From Amoeboaphelidium protococcarum X5 (taxonomy: Eukaryota; Fungi; Aphelidiomycota), in NCBI GenBank assembly GCA_023515725.1, contig JALDTO010000210.1:1-8890 (forward strand): a stretch of 8,890 bases of DNA. Direction: 5' to 3'. This document shows, one piece after another, positions 7,674-8,890 of the stretch; position 1 is the stretch's first letter; each line of letters begins with the position of its first letter. Position numbers and translations under genes: made by a program. Below the pieces are notes generated by a model that was not told the origin of the DNA, made no database searches, and worked only from the letters and a program-made list of their open reading frames with translations.

Positions 7674-8890
7674 GCATTCCAATACTCAAATGACACAGAG
7701 TTAGACTTAACAAGAGCACCCGTCTCGTAAAATTACAGCAATGACTCGAACGCATCGAGATCTTCATCAACTTTGATAAACACATTAGGAATCGATTGGG
7801 TATCTAAGATCACGTTAAATTCCAAATCAGATTACTCTTGTATAGACAAGACACCTCAAGATAATTTCAGATAAATTATAAGAAGAATACTGTGACAACG
7901 CAGAGCAGGGTAGCCTCAAAGACTTTCTCCCCAGCAAGAAATGCACTGGGCCGAACTTTAGGTCATCTCCTTGATCAACTGATGAACTCGTCATTGAAAT
8001 TCCATGGATTTGGACTAATACTGCACATAAGACAGCAAATTCAATTGACAATGCGCACATATCGATGAAATGAGATTAGACAGGGAAAAGCCATATTTTT
8101 TGCCCGGGCTGCCCCATGATTGATCTACCCCTTCCAACGAAACTGGGAACCCATTTGTGCATGACTTTTGCTCTATGCTAAGGTCTAGCTAGACAAATGC
8201 AAAAGTGCTTAGATTATCGCGTAGATAGTCTATCAGGTCTTCTCCGTAATAACGACTGAGTTTCTCCAATTCACTGCGGTTATTTGCCACGCGTGATTAG
8301 GTCCATGAACTGGATTGTTCGAGGCCTTGACCAAAAGATATCTTGCTTATCTATTCAATGGAATTTACTAAGAAGGTTTTGTCGTTTGCCACTTTCTTAA
8401 CCTGGCTATTAAAAGATTCAGCAATGGATGAAGCGCTCATGTCCATGTCAAAATAATGCACTAAGTAGGCCTTGACCCAGAAAGCCCAAGTGTCTCGGCC
8501 AAGGTGTTCGTTCATGTATTGCTTCATGATTGGGAATTCCTCCGCCAGCGGCGATTAAAGTCGTCCGCATTAACAGAATAACGCGACGACCTGAAGTTTG
8601 CCATAAATATATATCTCTGCCCCTTGTCTTTAATGCTAAAAGAGCTTGTCTTTACATTCTGCAAGATGTGCCAAAAGCATAATGCATGGTTTACTCCATC
8701 GTATTCTTTCAATGATCGCTGCAGAGCCAAATCCTTGTCAGAGTAAACAGTTTAACTATTTGAGTGCAAAGCAGACTTTTTAATGAGTGGCGTTGGGAGT
8801 CCGTGCGCAACTTGTACCTCAAAGTGTTGACAAATATATAGTAACAAAAAGCATCGCGATTTAAGAGTCATATCAAGCAATATACTTTTA
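7674..8890 (-). mobile_element. Decayed Mutator-like (MULE) DDE transposase, running in from the window end
   Basis: Motifs are SILLDMTLK (possible first D), TVYSDKDLAL (second D) and HALCFWHILQNV (CxxH). After a frameshift near 8545 come YMNEHLGRDTWAFWVKAY and SASSIAESFNSQVK (catalytic E, about 8417-8419). TGA at 7991-7993 and further lesions follow, with a possible degraded SWIM-like Cys cluster near 7890-7945. Confidence 0.82.

Noticed and set aside
1-8890. CRISPR array, tRNA/rRNA genes or a prokaryotic operon
   Set aside because: No regularly spaced repeats or structural RNA signatures were seen, and the content is eukaryotic.

Overview
Eukaryotic DNA that reads sensibly only with TAA/TAG = Gln and TGA as the sole stop (translation table 6). 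This is why the supplied standard-code ORF track is fragmentary. Retranslated by hand, the window is a dense mosaic. It holds a frameshifted PD-(D/E)xK nuclease pseudogene (498-1376, -), a copia-like gag remnant with a probable LTR (1473-2164), and an intact intronless 525-aa nuclease-plus-kinase gene of Crinkler-effector-like architecture (2357-3934, -). A divergent 153-aa nuclease ORF follows (4166-4627), then a decayed Helitron-like PIF1 helicase (about 4960-6626), an endogenous CRESS (circular Rep-encoding ssDNA) virus fragment with divergent capsid and Rep genes (about 6627-7673), and a decayed Mutator/MULE transposase (about 7674-8890, -). The main result is that the viral genes also use TAR = Gln, including TAA at the conserved Gln of Rep motif II, which suggests a ssDNA virus adapted to a host with reassigned stop codons. 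The host is inferred, not proven, to be an aphelid-like organism such as Amoeboaphelidium protococcarum. Family calls rest on motif recognition only; no searches were run.
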